From Polyangiaceae bacterium (GTDB lineage Bacteria > Myxococcota_A > Polyangia > Polyangiales > Polyangiaceae): 64,000 nucleotides of DNA. The notes under the pieces are model-generated. The model had not been told where the DNA came from. It made no database searches and saw nothing but the letters and a program-made list of their open reading frames with translations. The stretch covers positions 416,001 through 480,000 of the forward strand of contig CBDCTZ010000012.1 of the NCBI GenBank assembly GCA_965222375.1, given 5' to 3'. Positions 1-10,980 of the stretch are shown in pieces (position 1 is the stretch's first letter; each line of letters begins with the position of its first letter). A program made the translations under genes and the position numbers.

Positions 1-3000
1 GTGGAGCAACCTGCGTTCGCCAGCGTTTCAGTGCCGGCCGTGTGCGGAAGCCAGAGCAGTTTCTCAACGACCTTTTCGCGAGCCATGGCCGTCGTGCCGG
101 GCCTGCACGTCGGTGTGGTTGGGGTCGACTCGTTGATCGCAGTGGATTGCCCAGGCACGGGCTCGACTCCGGCCAACAGCGTCAAGCTATTGAACGCCAA
201 GACGGGCGCAGTCGTGAAGACGGTGGACTTGAATAGCCCCAACCCCGGCGGGGAAATCGGACCCTGGCGGGCGTTCGCCGTGCGCGGGGATCGGGGCGAC
301 ATGATCGGCTTGCGCGACGATGGCGGGGGTGGGTTCAGCATCTTGCGCATCGACGTGAGCGACATCCCGCAATTTCCCGCGACGGATCGAGTCCAGCCGC
401 TGATCTCGATCACGAATACCGGTGGGATGCCGGCCGCCCTGGGCTGGGACGCGGAAAGCGATGAATTCGTCGTGGTTGTTGACTTACCGGGGGGCTCTGC
501 AACAACCAAAGTCGACGAAATCCGACGCTACAAAGAATCGGGCACGCCCGCGTCGACGACCCCATTTTCGTTGGAGAAGTGTCCACGCGCCAACGGTGGG
601 GTGATAGTCGGCACGCGTTCGCGGGGCATCACGGTCAGTGGCGCGACCGAAATCGTCAGCTGCGCAAACGCCTTCATCCAGACGCCGCCAGGGAGCAGTC
701 GGTTTGTCACGGTCGCCGCAAATGGAATCACAGATAGACCAACAGCGGTGGGGGACACGTACGGCGACTCGGCCTGCGATCCGTACACATACCGTGACCA
801 GGAGAAGACGCTGCTGTGGGCCCGAACCTTGGACGGCACGCGCGTCGACGGATACGTCGTGCCCAGCGGCACTTGCGGCGCGGCCGGCGCCGATCCGACC
901 AACACGCAGAACTTGCTCGATCCGACTACCGGTGGTTTTAGCACGGGCTTCACCAACCTCTGCGCGACCGTGGATCGCGATCAAGATCTCGATGGCATCC
1001 TGGATTGTTGGGAAGTGCTAGGAGGCATCGACTGGGACTTGGACGGGACGTTGGACTACACCTTTCCGGCCAACATGGCTCCCAGCGTCTTCACGCAGGA
1101 CGTGTACGTCGAAATCGACTTCATGAAACTTCACGATCCGCGGGATGCGAAGTTCACCAACCCGATTGGCAGTGTTCAGGCCGCATTTGCGAATGCGCCC
1201 ACCTTCTTCGCCGCGGATGACATCCTTCAACTCTTTCCAATCTCAAGGAAACTTCACGTCTTGGTTGACGAAGAGCTACCACACGGGAATGAGATCACTT
1301 TCGGCGGGCCCGCAAATGGCGGTTGCACCTCAGCACCGGTTGCCGGGGTCGCTGATTTCGACCTGATCAAGAAGGCCCGTTTCGGGACCGCGGCGGAACG
1401 GTCTTCCACCAATGCGGGGAACTTGCTGGCGGCAAAGAAAAGTGTATTCAGATACAATCTCTGGGTGCACGCGTTGCGTGGGCAGTCGCTGTCCGGGTGT
1501 GCGGAAAGGGGTGGAAACGACTTCGTGGTGTCTCTCCCGGGCGCTCCGACCGAACCACTGGCCTATTTCTTCGACGCGCCGGCGGGAACATTCATGCACG
1601 AGTTGGGACACACCTTGGGCCTGTGGCACGGAGGCACGGCATTCAGCCTCAACTACAAGCCGAACTACCCCAGCGTGATGAACTACTCTTATCAGACCAA
1701 CCAAGCCACAAATCGTCGGCTCGACTATTCGCGCTCCGTGTTGGCGACGCTGGACGAGAAGGCGTTGAATGAGTCCAAGAACCCGGGCGTGCCCGGGTTT
1801 CCGACCGACGCGTTCGGCCAGCCCGGATGGGTGAAGTGGGTGCCGTGTAACGCGGCGCAACCGGGGTGCCTCTTCCAGGTCTCCCTCGCATCAGCTCCAA
1901 TCAACTGGAACGCAAACCTCTTTCCTTTGGAAGGCCTGCTGTCTCCAACCAACATCAACGGTAACACCTCGAACACGGACTTGCTGACCGGTTACGACGA
2001 CTGGAGCAATCTGAGCGTCAACTTCAAGAACAGCTACGACTACCTGGACGGCGTGCGCCTGAACATCGAGCCCGAGACGCCGTTACCTCTCGGACTGCGC
2101 GACGCGGACGCGGATGGGATCGCCAACCTCGAAGACAATTGCCCCCTCGTCTTCAACCCCAGCCAGGCCGATGCAGACAGCGACACCGTGGGTGACGCCT
2201 GTGAGGCCAGCGCGACGGGTTGGTCCATGTTCCGCGGTGGGCAGAGCCGCCGCGGCAGCGCGGGGGTCGTCGGGCCCCAGAATTCGCAGCTGCTCTGGTC
2301 GCGAACCCTCGGAAAGAAGTCATCCAGCTCCGTCGCCATCGGGATTGATGGACGCGGGCACGTTGGTGACGATTCCGGACGGCTGTACGCGTTCGATGCT
2401 GCTGGCGCTCTGCACTGGAGCTTTGATACTGGAAAACGCGTCGAGAGCAGCCCGGCGGTGGATCGCTTTGGCAACGTCTACTTCACGTCCAGCGACGATG
2501 GACTGTACTCGCTGAACGCCGCGGGCGGTTTGAACTGGCGCGTGGACATCGGTAAAGCCAGCGCTTCCTCGCCGCTGGTCACCCAGGGTGGCCTGGTCAT
2601 CGTCGGCACGGCCTCCAAGCAGGTCCTGGCGGTACGCGGGGGAACGACGCAATGGGTCTACCCGGCGGGTAGCCGGGTCGAGTCCTCTGCGGCCATGACT
2701 TCCGACGACCATTTCGTGATCGCCACCCAAAGCGGCAAACTGCTTTGCCTGTCGCAGACAGGTGCGCTGGTGTGGAGCCTGCAGCTTTCGGCGAAAACTG
2801 GCGTGACGCCAGCAGTCGCGGCGGATGGGACCATCTACATGGCAGACGAAGGTGGAACCGTGTACTCCGTCAGCCCGGCCGGGATGCTGAACTGGACCTA
2901 CTCCACGAACGAGCGCGTCCTGGCCTCAGCAGCACTCGCGGCGAGCGGCGAGGTGATAGTCGTGAGCCAGTCAGGGCAGCTGGAGGCGCTGTCTGCTGCT

Positions 3001-3240
3001 GGGACGCTCCTCTGGTCTTACCCCGTTGGCGCGAAGGTCTCGTCCTCGCCAGCCGCCGGCGCGGACGGCGCGGTCTACGTCGCGACCGAGAAAGGCACCG
3101 TCGTGGCAGTGCGTGGGGGCGCGGTGATTTGGTCCGCCAACGCTGGCAAGAAAGTCACAGGCTCGCCGGCCATCGATGCACGGGGCCGGCTTTGGATCGC
3201 CAGTGAAGATCGAAGCTTGCGAGTCTTCGGCGGGCCTTGA
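1..3240 (+). CDS. Large secreted multidomain protein (probably 5'-truncated): metzincin-type Zn metalloprotease, TSP3-like Ca-binding repeats and a C-terminal PQQ/BamB-like beta-propeller
   Basis: HELGHTLGLWH (HExxHxxGxxH) followed by an SVMNY Met-turn. DRDQDLDGILDCWE and DADADGIANLEDNCPLVFNPSQADADSDTVGDAC Ca-binding repeats. Repeated 'G.L.W....G..V.SSPA...G.VY' units at the C-terminus. Confidence 0.8.
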   Translation: MEQPAFASVSVPAVCGSQSSFSTTFSRAMAVVPGLHVGVVGVDSLIAVDCPGTGSTPANSVKLLNAKTGAVVKTVDLNSPNPGGEIGPWRAFAVRGDRGDMIGLRDDGGGGFSILRIDVSDIPQFPATDRVQPLISITNTGGMPAALGWDAESDEFVVVVDLPGGSATTKVDEIRRYKESGTPASTTPFSLEKCPRANGGVIVGTRSRGITVSGATEIVSCANAFIQTPPGSSRFVTVAANGITDRPTAVGDTYGDSACDPYTYRDQEKTLLWARTLDGTRVDGYVVPSGTCGAAGADPTNTQNLLDPTTGGFSTGFTNLCATVDRDQDLDGILDCWEVLGGIDWDLDGTLDYTFPANMAPSVFTQDVYVEIDFMKLHDPRDAKFTNPIGSVQAAFANAPTFFAADDILQLFPISRKLHVLVDEELPHGNEITFGGPANGGCTSAPVAGVADFDLIKKARFGTAAERSSTNAGNLLAAKKSVFRYNLWVHALRGQSLSGCAERGGNDFVVSLPGAPTEPLAYFFDAPAGTFMHELGHTLGLWHGGTAFSLNYKPNYPSVMNYSYQTNQATNRRLDYSRSVLATLDEKALNESKNPGVPGFPTDAFGQPGWVKWVPCNAAQPGCLFQVSLASAPINWNANLFPLEGLLSPTNINGNTSNTDLLTGYDDWSNLSVNFKNSYDYLDGVRLNIEPETPLPLGLRDADADGIANLEDNCPLVFNPSQADADSDTVGDACEASATGWSMFRGGQSRRGSAGVVGPQNSQLLWSRTLGKKSSSSVAIGIDGRGHVGDDSGRLYAFDAAGALHWSFDTGKRVESSPAVDRFGNVYFTSSDDGLYSLNAAGGLNWRVDIGKASASSPLVTQGGLVIVGTASKQVLAVRGGTTQWVYPAGSRVESSAAMTSDDHFVIATQSGKLLCLSQTGALVWSLQLSAKTGVTPAVAADGTIYMADEGGTVYSVSPAGMLNWTYSTNERVLASAALAASGEVIVVSQSGQLEALSAAGTLLWSYPVGAKVSSSPAAGADGAVYVATEKGTVVAVRGGAVIWSANAGKKVTGSPAIDARGRLWIASEDRSLRVFGGP

Positions 3241-3896
3241 TGCGCATACGTGTTGTCCTTGGTCTGTTCTTCATGGCGTGTGGAGGTGCGCTTCAAACGC
3301 CCGGAGGGGAAACGGCTTCGGAAGCGGGGGGTGCGCAACCCCAGAAGGACGCGTCGGGTTCTGGCGCCGTCGATGCGGGCTTGGTGCCTCGGGACGGGCA
3401 GGCACTGAGCGACGGGTCCAACTCTGGTGTCGTTGAAGCGGGCGCACTCGGGGAAGGCGGGATCCCACAGGTGGACTGCGACCAGGTCTGGCAGCAGTCC
3501 GGGATCAATTGCGCACACCCGCAGTGCAGCTTCGTGCAGGAGTACGGCTGTCGGCCCACGTCCTGCGATTTCATCCCGCTCGAGCACTGCCCGACCAGTC
3601 GCTGCCTGCGGTGGCCCGACTGCAACGGTGTGTTGCGCTGCGCGAACGTACCAACCGGTGGAGTTCCCGCGTGCGGACCGCACGGATCCGTCGGACCGGC
3701 ATGTTGCGCCGGCACAGTCCCCCGCTGCAATCACCTCCTCGCGAATGGCCAGTGTGGTGCACTTTATCTCGTCGGGCCGAACCACTTTCCCATGTGCTTG
3801 CGCTGTGGGAATCAAAAATGCGAGCCGCCTGAAGACAGCTGCAATTGCCCGGAGGACTGCCCGGCAGCGGGCGACGGAGGATCAGATGCGCACTGA
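3240..3896 (+). CDS. Cys-rich lipoprotein, hypothetical
   Basis: ATG overlaps the upstream TGA (TGATG). Signal MRIRVVLGLFFMAC with lipobox; many Cys, ending in a CGNQKCEPPEDSCNCPEDC repeat. Confidence 0.7.
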   Translation: MRIRVVLGLFFMACGGALQTPGGETASEAGGAQPQKDASGSGAVDAGLVPRDGQALSDGSNSGVVEAGALGEGGIPQVDCDQVWQQSGINCAHPQCSFVQEYGCRPTSCDFIPLEHCPTSRCLRWPDCNGVLRCANVPTGGVPACGPHGSVGPACCAGTVPRCNHLLANGQCGALYLVGPNHFPMCLRCGNQKCEPPEDSCNCPEDCPAAGDGGSDAH

Positions 3897-4425
3897 GATG
3901 CTCACACTTGCCGTAGTGGTATGCTGCACGACAGGCTGCAGTGAAGAATCATCGTCCCCGTCGGGCGCAGGTGCGGGCGGCAGCGACGCTGGCGGAAGTG
4001 CGGGCGCGAGCAGCGGCGGCGTGGCTGCCACGGGTGGCCACTCGGCTGCAGGAACTGGCGGCAGCGGCGCGAGTTCCACGGGTGGCGCAGCGGGCAGCGG
4101 CGGCGCGACGCCCAGTGACGCCGGGACAGATGGACCGGATCCCTGCAAAGCCAAGGACCTAACCGATCAATGTGCTGTGTGCCTCGAGCAGAAGTGCTGC
4201 GCCGAAATCAAGGCGTGCGCTCCGGGCACGCCGTGTCTGACTCCGTCCGATCCAAGCGAACCCTCGGAGTACGAGTGCGCGTTCGTCTGCATACTGCAGA
4301 GTGGGGTGTCGTCCAAGGACGCCTGCTATGCGAAGTGTGCAGCCGCCGGGGGACAGGTGACCGCCGTGACGAGGGCGTTTGCCGACTGCTATTTCGTGAC
4401 CTGTGGCGCAACGTGCATTCCGTAG
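3886..4425 (+). CDS. Lipoprotein with Gly/Ser-rich linker and Cys-rich C-terminal domain
   Basis: GGAGG at 3876-3880 before ATG 3886. Lipobox TTGC, a GGSAG-type linker, then a CAVCLEQKCCAEIKAC...CGATC domain. Confidence 0.7.
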   Translation: MRTEMLTLAVVVCCTTGCSEESSSPSGAGAGGSDAGGSAGASSGGVAATGGHSAAGTGGSGASSTGGAAGSGGATPSDAGTDGPDPCKAKDLTDQCAVCLEQKCCAEIKACAPGTPCLTPSDPSEPSEYECAFVCILQSGVSSKDACYAKCAAAGGQVTAVTRAFADCYFVTCGATCIP

Positions 4426-4688
4426 CTTGGACCGGCACGTTTTCCGATGCGCCCGCATGCAACCTGCCCGTGGTCGCCGCTGCCATGCACCAGCGTCAGC
4501 TTGCATTGTGTGCGCCAGCGCCGTGCAGCGAGATGACGAACCATCGTGCGCTGATCGCCACCCGTGGCCTGGGTCGAGAATAGTGGCCCCGCGCCGCCCC
4601 AGTGCTCGACCCCAAACCAATCAACGGCAGCTATCGCCAAGAGCCGCAGCTTCGCGGCATTCCGTTCAACGCACAGCGACGCCGCCCC

Positions 4689-6329
<1,641 letters not shown>

Positions 6330-6369
6330 TGGGTTCGTCCTCGGCGCGGAGCATGCCACAATCCGCGCC

Positions 6370-6521
6370 GTGCGTTTCTTTGCCACGGCTCCGAAGGGAA
6401 CCGAGACGGTCCTGTTCGAAGAGCTCAGCGAACTGTCGGCGCCGCGCGCACGTCAGCGCCCGGGAGGCGTCGAGTTCGCGGGGCGTTTCGCGGATGCCGC
6501 TTGGCCCGCTGGGTCAGCTAG
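6370..6521 (+). pseudogene. Internally deleted remnant of the rlmL-like methyltransferase
   Basis: The first 43 codons ([12 protein letters not shown]...GRFADA) are joined out of frame to the last codons CRLARWVS* (6495-6521). These match CRLARWVT* at 11929-11955 (23/27 nt). About 950 bp is missing. Confidence 0.85.
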
Positions 6522-6595
6522 CCCCTCGCTCCGCCGACAGTGGCACTCCCAATCGGCGTCGCCAGGAGTTACTGTTTGTATGAGGACGAAGGGGG

Positions 6596-8200
6596 ATGCC
6601 CTCGAGCAAGCAAAAACCTGAGGCTGAGAGTGAAGCGGAGTCTCCGCTAGAGAGGGCGCAATCGCGAGTGTTTCCCTCCTACCATGAGCTATTCGAGCGC
6701 TCTGCGGACGCCAACCTGATCATCGACGGCGACACCTTCGTCGATTGCAACGACGCGACTGTGACAATGTTGCGCTACGCGAGCAAGGAAGAGCTACTTC
6801 AGACGCATCCGTCGGAGTTGTCGCCCGAGTTTCAGCCTGACGGACGGGTGTCCTTCGAAAAAGCGAACGAGATGATGGCCATTGCCTTCGCCGAGGGCAG
6901 CCACCGTTTCGAGTGGATGCATCAGCGAGCAGACGGAGAGGTCTTCCCCGTAGAGGTGCTGCTCACCTCCGTGCCCGCGGGGGACACGATCCTGCTTCAT
7001 ACGGTGTGGCGAGAGATCACCGAGCGCAAGCGGCTGGAGAAGGCGTTGCGCCACGCTCAAAAGATGGAAGCCGTGGGCAAGCTGGCTGGCGGGATCGCCC
7101 ATGATTTCAACAACATCTTGCTGACGATTCTGGGCTACGCGGGGCTGCTGAAGACACGCTTGATTGACCGTCCGGCGCTGGTGTGGGATGCCGACGAGAT
7201 CCTCAAGGCGGGGGAGCGCGCGGTGAAATTGACCGAGCAACTGCTGGCGTTTAGCCGTAAGCAGGATCTCCAGCCCGTCGTCTTGGATCTGACTGCCTTA
7301 GTCACTCGGCTCACTGGCGTGATCGGTCGTCTGATAGGTGAGGATGTCGAGGTGGTCGTGCAATGCGCGGAGGGTCCACTCCCAATCAAGGTCGATCCCG
7401 GACAGCTGGAGCAGGTCGTCTTGAACGTGGTTGCCAACGCGCGGGACGCGATGGCCAGAGGTGGCGTCCTGACCATACGAACTGCGCGCCCCGTCGGAGC
7501 GTCACCGGTGACTGGAAGCCAGCCGGGGGATCGCTGCATCGCGCTGACTTTCTCGGATACGGGCTCGGGAATGAGCTCTGAGGTCGTGGCCCGCGCTTTC
7601 GAGCCCTTCTTTACGACCAAGGAGCGTGGTCGCGGTACGGGCTTGGGATTGGCGAGCGTCTACGGCATCGTGAAACAGAGTGGTGGGGATGTGCGACTCC
7701 AGAGTCGGGAAGGGCACGGCACCACCGTGGAGATCCTGTTTCCGGAATCCCCGGAGGCGGTGCAGCCTAGCGATCATGCGCCAACCGGTCCCGAGCCGAC
7801 GCGGTCGCGAGGCGAGCGAGTGCTCGTTGTGGAGGACGACGCTGCCGCGGCCCGGCTGATCCTGCGTACTCTCGAACACGAGGGCTATCGCGCTGTTGTA
7901 GCGCGAAGCGGAAGGGAAGCACTCCAGCTAGCGGAGCGACTGGATTGGAACTGCGACATGATCCTCTCGGATGTGATCATGCCCGGTATGAGCGGTCCCG
8001 AACTCGTGCTCGAACTGCGAGCGAAGATGCCCGAGGTGAGTGTGCTCTACATGTCCGGGTATACGGACGACGTTCTGGCCCGCCATGGAATAGCGGCTGC
8101 AGACGCTGAGTTGATCCGTAAGCCGTTCACGCCGGAGCAGCTTGTCCGCCGCGTGCACGCGTTCTTGCGCCAGAGCCGGTCGGAGTCCGACGCTTCCTAG
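6596..8200 (+). CDS. PAS-domain hybrid histidine kinase with C-terminal receiver domain
   Basis: PAS (FEWMHQRADGEVFPVEV), H-box GGIAHDFNNIL, N-box NARDAM, FEPFFTTK..G.GTGLGL, receiver VLVVEDD...SDVIMPGMSG...KPF. Confidence 0.92.
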   Translation: MPSSKQKPEAESEAESPLERAQSRVFPSYHELFERSADANLIIDGDTFVDCNDATVTMLRYASKEELLQTHPSELSPEFQPDGRVSFEKANEMMAIAFAEGSHRFEWMHQRADGEVFPVEVLLTSVPAGDTILLHTVWREITERKRLEKALRHAQKMEAVGKLAGGIAHDFNNILLTILGYAGLLKTRLIDRPALVWDADEILKAGERAVKLTEQLLAFSRKQDLQPVVLDLTALVTRLTGVIGRLIGEDVEVVVQCAEGPLPIKVDPGQLEQVVLNVVANARDAMARGGVLTIRTARPVGASPVTGSQPGDRCIALTFSDTGSGMSSEVVARAFEPFFTTKERGRGTGLGLASVYGIVKQSGGDVRLQSREGHGTTVEILFPESPEAVQPSDHAPTGPEPTRSRGERVLVVEDDAAAARLILRTLEHEGYRAVVARSGREALQLAERLDWNCDMILSDVIMPGMSGPELVLELRAKMPEVSVLYMSGYTDDVLARHGIAAADAELIRKPFTPEQLVRRVHAFLRQSRSESDAS

Positions 8201-8228
8201 CGGCGTAGCGACTCCGCGCTCTTCACGG

Positions 8229-8783
8229 CTACGGACAGACCGAGCTTCGGTTTTTGACGACCGTCTGCATGACCCGACGGAAATGCTTCACACCCGGCGG
8301 CTCGGCCGGGCAAGCGGAGCATGTTGGCGCCCACGTGATCGAGCCGGGGTATCCCGGAGCAGTCAACTTCGCTCCGGCACCTTCGCCTTGGTACTTGTTG
8401 GTGTGCTCCAGTGCGAAAGACACTTCTGAGTTTCGGAACGCGCTCTCGACGTCCGCTCCCGACCACATGTTTCCGCCGCCACGCAGCTGTGTGCGGCACG
8501 GCGGTGGGCCATGCGTCGCGCGCCGAAAGAGGATTGTAGTGGGCGAGACGAAACCGACAGCGTTGCCGCCTTGCTGGTAGTCGAACAGCACCGTGTCGTG
8601 GGGGGCCGGAGCCGTCGTGGGAGGCGGCGAGGGGGCCGGCTGATGCTCACTCGGCGCCATGGGCGGCGCCAACTCCACAGTCGGCCGGGGCGCTGGCTGT
8701 GACGGCTGCGGCTGAGCCGGTGCGCAAGCCACGGTCAGGCCGACCAGCATCCCAACTCGGCAACGCCTTGTGGCCATCGACAT
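8229..8783 (-). CDS. Hypothetical lipoprotein with Pro-rich linker
   Basis: Signal ...VGMLVGLTVAC, a Pro-rich segment and a small Cys-containing globular domain. Start uncertain. Confidence 0.55.
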   Translation of the reverse strand: MSMATRRCRVGMLVGLTVACAPAQPQPSQPAPRPTVELAPPMAPSEHQPAPSPPPTTAPAPHDTVLFDYQQGGNAVGFVSPTTILFRRATHGPPPCRTQLRGGGNMWSGADVESAFRNSEVSFALEHTNKYQGEGAGAKLTAPGYPGSITWAPTCSACPAEPPGVKHFRRVMQTVVKNRSSVCP

Positions 8784-9040
8784 CAAACCTAGCACGGACC
8801 GCTCAACAGCCGCCCGCCAGCAACCGCTCGAGCACCCGAACCCGCTGCGCTTCGCGACAGGCTCGCGTGCACACCCACTCACGGCGCGCGCCACGGTTCT
8901 CGCGGGGTCGCGGCTGTCCATGTAGCCACGCGGTACGTGTGCGTTGACACGGTCCACGCAAAACGGGTCCGTCCCGATGCCCTGCCCGCAGCGAAGGTAA
9001 ATCCCTATGCAAGCGATCGTCGATCCGATACCTTTCTCTC

Positions 9041-10540
9041 ATGAAGACCTGGCATGTCTTGGGGATCGGACTCGCACTCTTGGCTGCTTGCGGCGAGGAC
9101 GATTCCGGCGGGGGTGGCGGGGCGGGAACCGGCGGCTCCAGCACGGGCGGCAATGCCACCGGCGGTTCGAACACCGGCGGCTCGAATACCGGCGGCTCGA
9201 ACACTGGCGGCTCGAATACCGGAGGAACAGGTGGCGGGGTCGACGCGAGCGCAGGCACGGGTGGCGTGGACGCGAGCGCGGGCGGCACTGGAGGCGCCAC
9301 GACCGGTGGTGCGGGCGGCACGGGGGGCGGCGCTGGCGTCGACGCGGGTTGTGTTCAGATCGGCACGGGTGGCACCGGGGTGCAGTGGAACAACCCGTTC
9401 GGTACTCCCAAGAACGATCGCGCCCTGGGCGTGGCGACGGATGCTTCGGACAACGTCTTCATATCTGGCAACACGTCCGGGGATCTGGGCAAGCCCTTTA
9501 CGGGGCTCTACTCGGATGCCTATCTTCGCAAGGTGTCGCCGACCGGTGGCCACCTGTGGACCCACCAGTTCGGTTCGTCCAGCACCGATGCGGCCTATGC
9601 GACGGTCGTCGATGTCAAAGGGAAGCTGGTGGTCGGCGGCGTCACCGCTGGGGCTTTTGGCGGCCCCTACAAAGGCAAGTTCGATGGCTTCGTGCGAAAG
9701 CTTGCGGACGGCGTCAGCGCCCCCACTGTCGAGTGGACCCATCAGTTTGGCAGCGTCGAGGACGACTACGTCTTGGATCTGGCCACGGACCAGAGCGAAA
9801 GGATTATCGCAGTGGGGCGGACTCTGGGTTCGCTGCTATCCGTGGACGGCGGCACGTCGGACGCCGGCGCCCTCGGGGGAAGTGATGCGCTGGTGCGCGT
9901 GATCGACAAGGCGGGTACGGAAGTCTGGACCAAGCAATACGGAACCAGCAAGAACGACCAGGCCTACACGGTCGCCACTGACGTCGTCGGAGGCATCTAC
10001 ATTGCGGGCTACACCCAGGGTGACTTCTTTGGCCCGAATCAAGGCGGCTGGGACGCTTACCTGGCCAAGCTGGACGGTTCTGGCAAGGTGCTGTGGGGCA
10101 AGCAGATGGGCGGCGGCGGCACAGACTTCTTCATCGACATTGCTGTCCACTACGTCAAGGGCGAGATCTACGCCGTGGGTCAATCAAGCAAGCAGCTGGG
10201 CTGTCAGCCGCTGGTCGGCGGAGCCAACTATGTGGTCAAGTTCGATGCCTCGGGTACGATTCTGTGGGCGACTCAGCTTGCCGCAACCAGCCAAGTGAAG
10301 ACCATCGTGCTGGGCGGCGGTGGATTGTACGCAGGGGGCCGGGACGCTACGAAAGCCTCCTTCGTGACCAAGCTCGATCCCGCCACGGGCAATGTGCTCT
10401 GGACTCAGCAGCTACAGAACACAGTGGACCTAGATGATGTCGAGAGCCTGGCGGTGGACCTGAAGAAGAACGTGTTGGCGGTCGGTTTCCACGACAAATT
10501 GAACGACAACCACGCTTTTGTGGCCAAGCTGTCGCCCTGA
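9041..10540 (+). CDS. Lipoprotein with Gly-rich linker and SBBP-like beta-propeller repeats
   Basis: Lipobox LLAAC; repeated W..QFG....D.A..VATD..G.I...G.T.G units. Confidence 0.85.
   Translation: MKTWHVLGIGLALLAACGEDDSGGGGGAGTGGSSTGGNATGGSNTGGSNTGGSNTGGSNTGGTGGGVDASAGTGGVDASAGGTGGATTGGAGGTGGGAGVDAGCVQIGTGGTGVQWNNPFGTPKNDRALGVATDASDNVFISGNTSGDLGKPFTGLYSDAYLRKVSPTGGHLWTHQFGSSSTDAAYATVVDVKGKLVVGGVTAGAFGGPYKGKFDGFVRKLADGVSAPTVEWTHQFGSVEDDYVLDLATDQSERIIAVGRTLGSLLSVDGGTSDAGALGGSDALVRVIDKAGTEVWTKQYGTSKNDQAYTVATDVVGGIYIAGYTQGDFFGPNQGGWDAYLAKLDGSGKVLWGKQMGGGGTDFFIDIAVHYVKGEIYAVGQSSKQLGCQPLVGGANYVVKFDASGTILWATQLAATSQVKTIVLGGGGLYAGGRDATKASFVTKLDPATGNVLWTQQLQNTVDLDDVESLAVDLKKNVLAVGFHDKLNDNHAFVAKLSP
9161..9220 (+). 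repeat. Four tandem 15-bp coding repeats (GGSNT) in the lipoprotein linker
   Basis: ggcggYtcgaaYacY x4, with degenerate units on the left. Confidence 0.85.
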
Positions 10541-10677
10541 CGCTGTCGCTCGAGTCAGCCGCCCTGCTGATTCAGGCACTCTGCACGGGTGGTGATGGAT
10601 GCGGCGCACCAAGCATCACAGTCCACGGCGGTAAGGCACTTCTTTAAACAAGGCTTGACCTTCCAAGCGTCACGGTC

Positions 10678-10811
10678 AGCGCGCTGGCTTCGACGGACAG
10701 AAACGTCTTGCCCGCAGCTTCGAGTGCGCTAACGTCGGCGCCGGAAAGCTTGCGGTAGGGCGAGGTGTCCGGTCCGAGGGGGAGCAGCTCTTGGTGTTGG
10801 AACTCAGCCAT
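10678..10811 (-). pseudogene. 5' stub (about 45 codons) of a second fumarase allele
   Basis: [45 protein letters not shown], then unrelated sequence and a stop at 10644. Confidence 0.85.
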
Positions 10812-10980
10812 CTGTATCGTCCTGTCCGCGGAGCATGCCACAATCTGCGCCGTGCGTTTTTTTGCCACGGCTCCGAAGGGAACCGAGACGGTCCTGTTCC
10901 AGGAGCTGAGCGAACTGTCCGCCCCACGTGCGCGGCAGCGCCCGGGTGGCGTCGAGTTTGCGGGACGCTTTGCGGATGCC
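10678..10980. repeat. Copy 2 of the 303-bp direct repeat
   Basis: Matches 6196-6498 without indels. Confidence 0.95.

Noticed and set aside
4426..4688. 263-bp intergenic gap between the lipoprotein and the fumarase
   Set aside because: No convincing ORF, terminal repeats or RNA motif visible by eye.
9131..9300. Short tandem repeats considered as a CRISPR array
   Set aside because: In-frame coding repeats without unique spacers; no cas genes.
10655..10680. TTGACCTTCC and a TGACC-N13-GGTCA inverted repeat resembling a CueR/MerR operator or att site
   Set aside because: The second half-site does not match GGAAGGT, there is no metal-resistance gene or recombinase nearby, and a 5-bp repeat is expected by chance.
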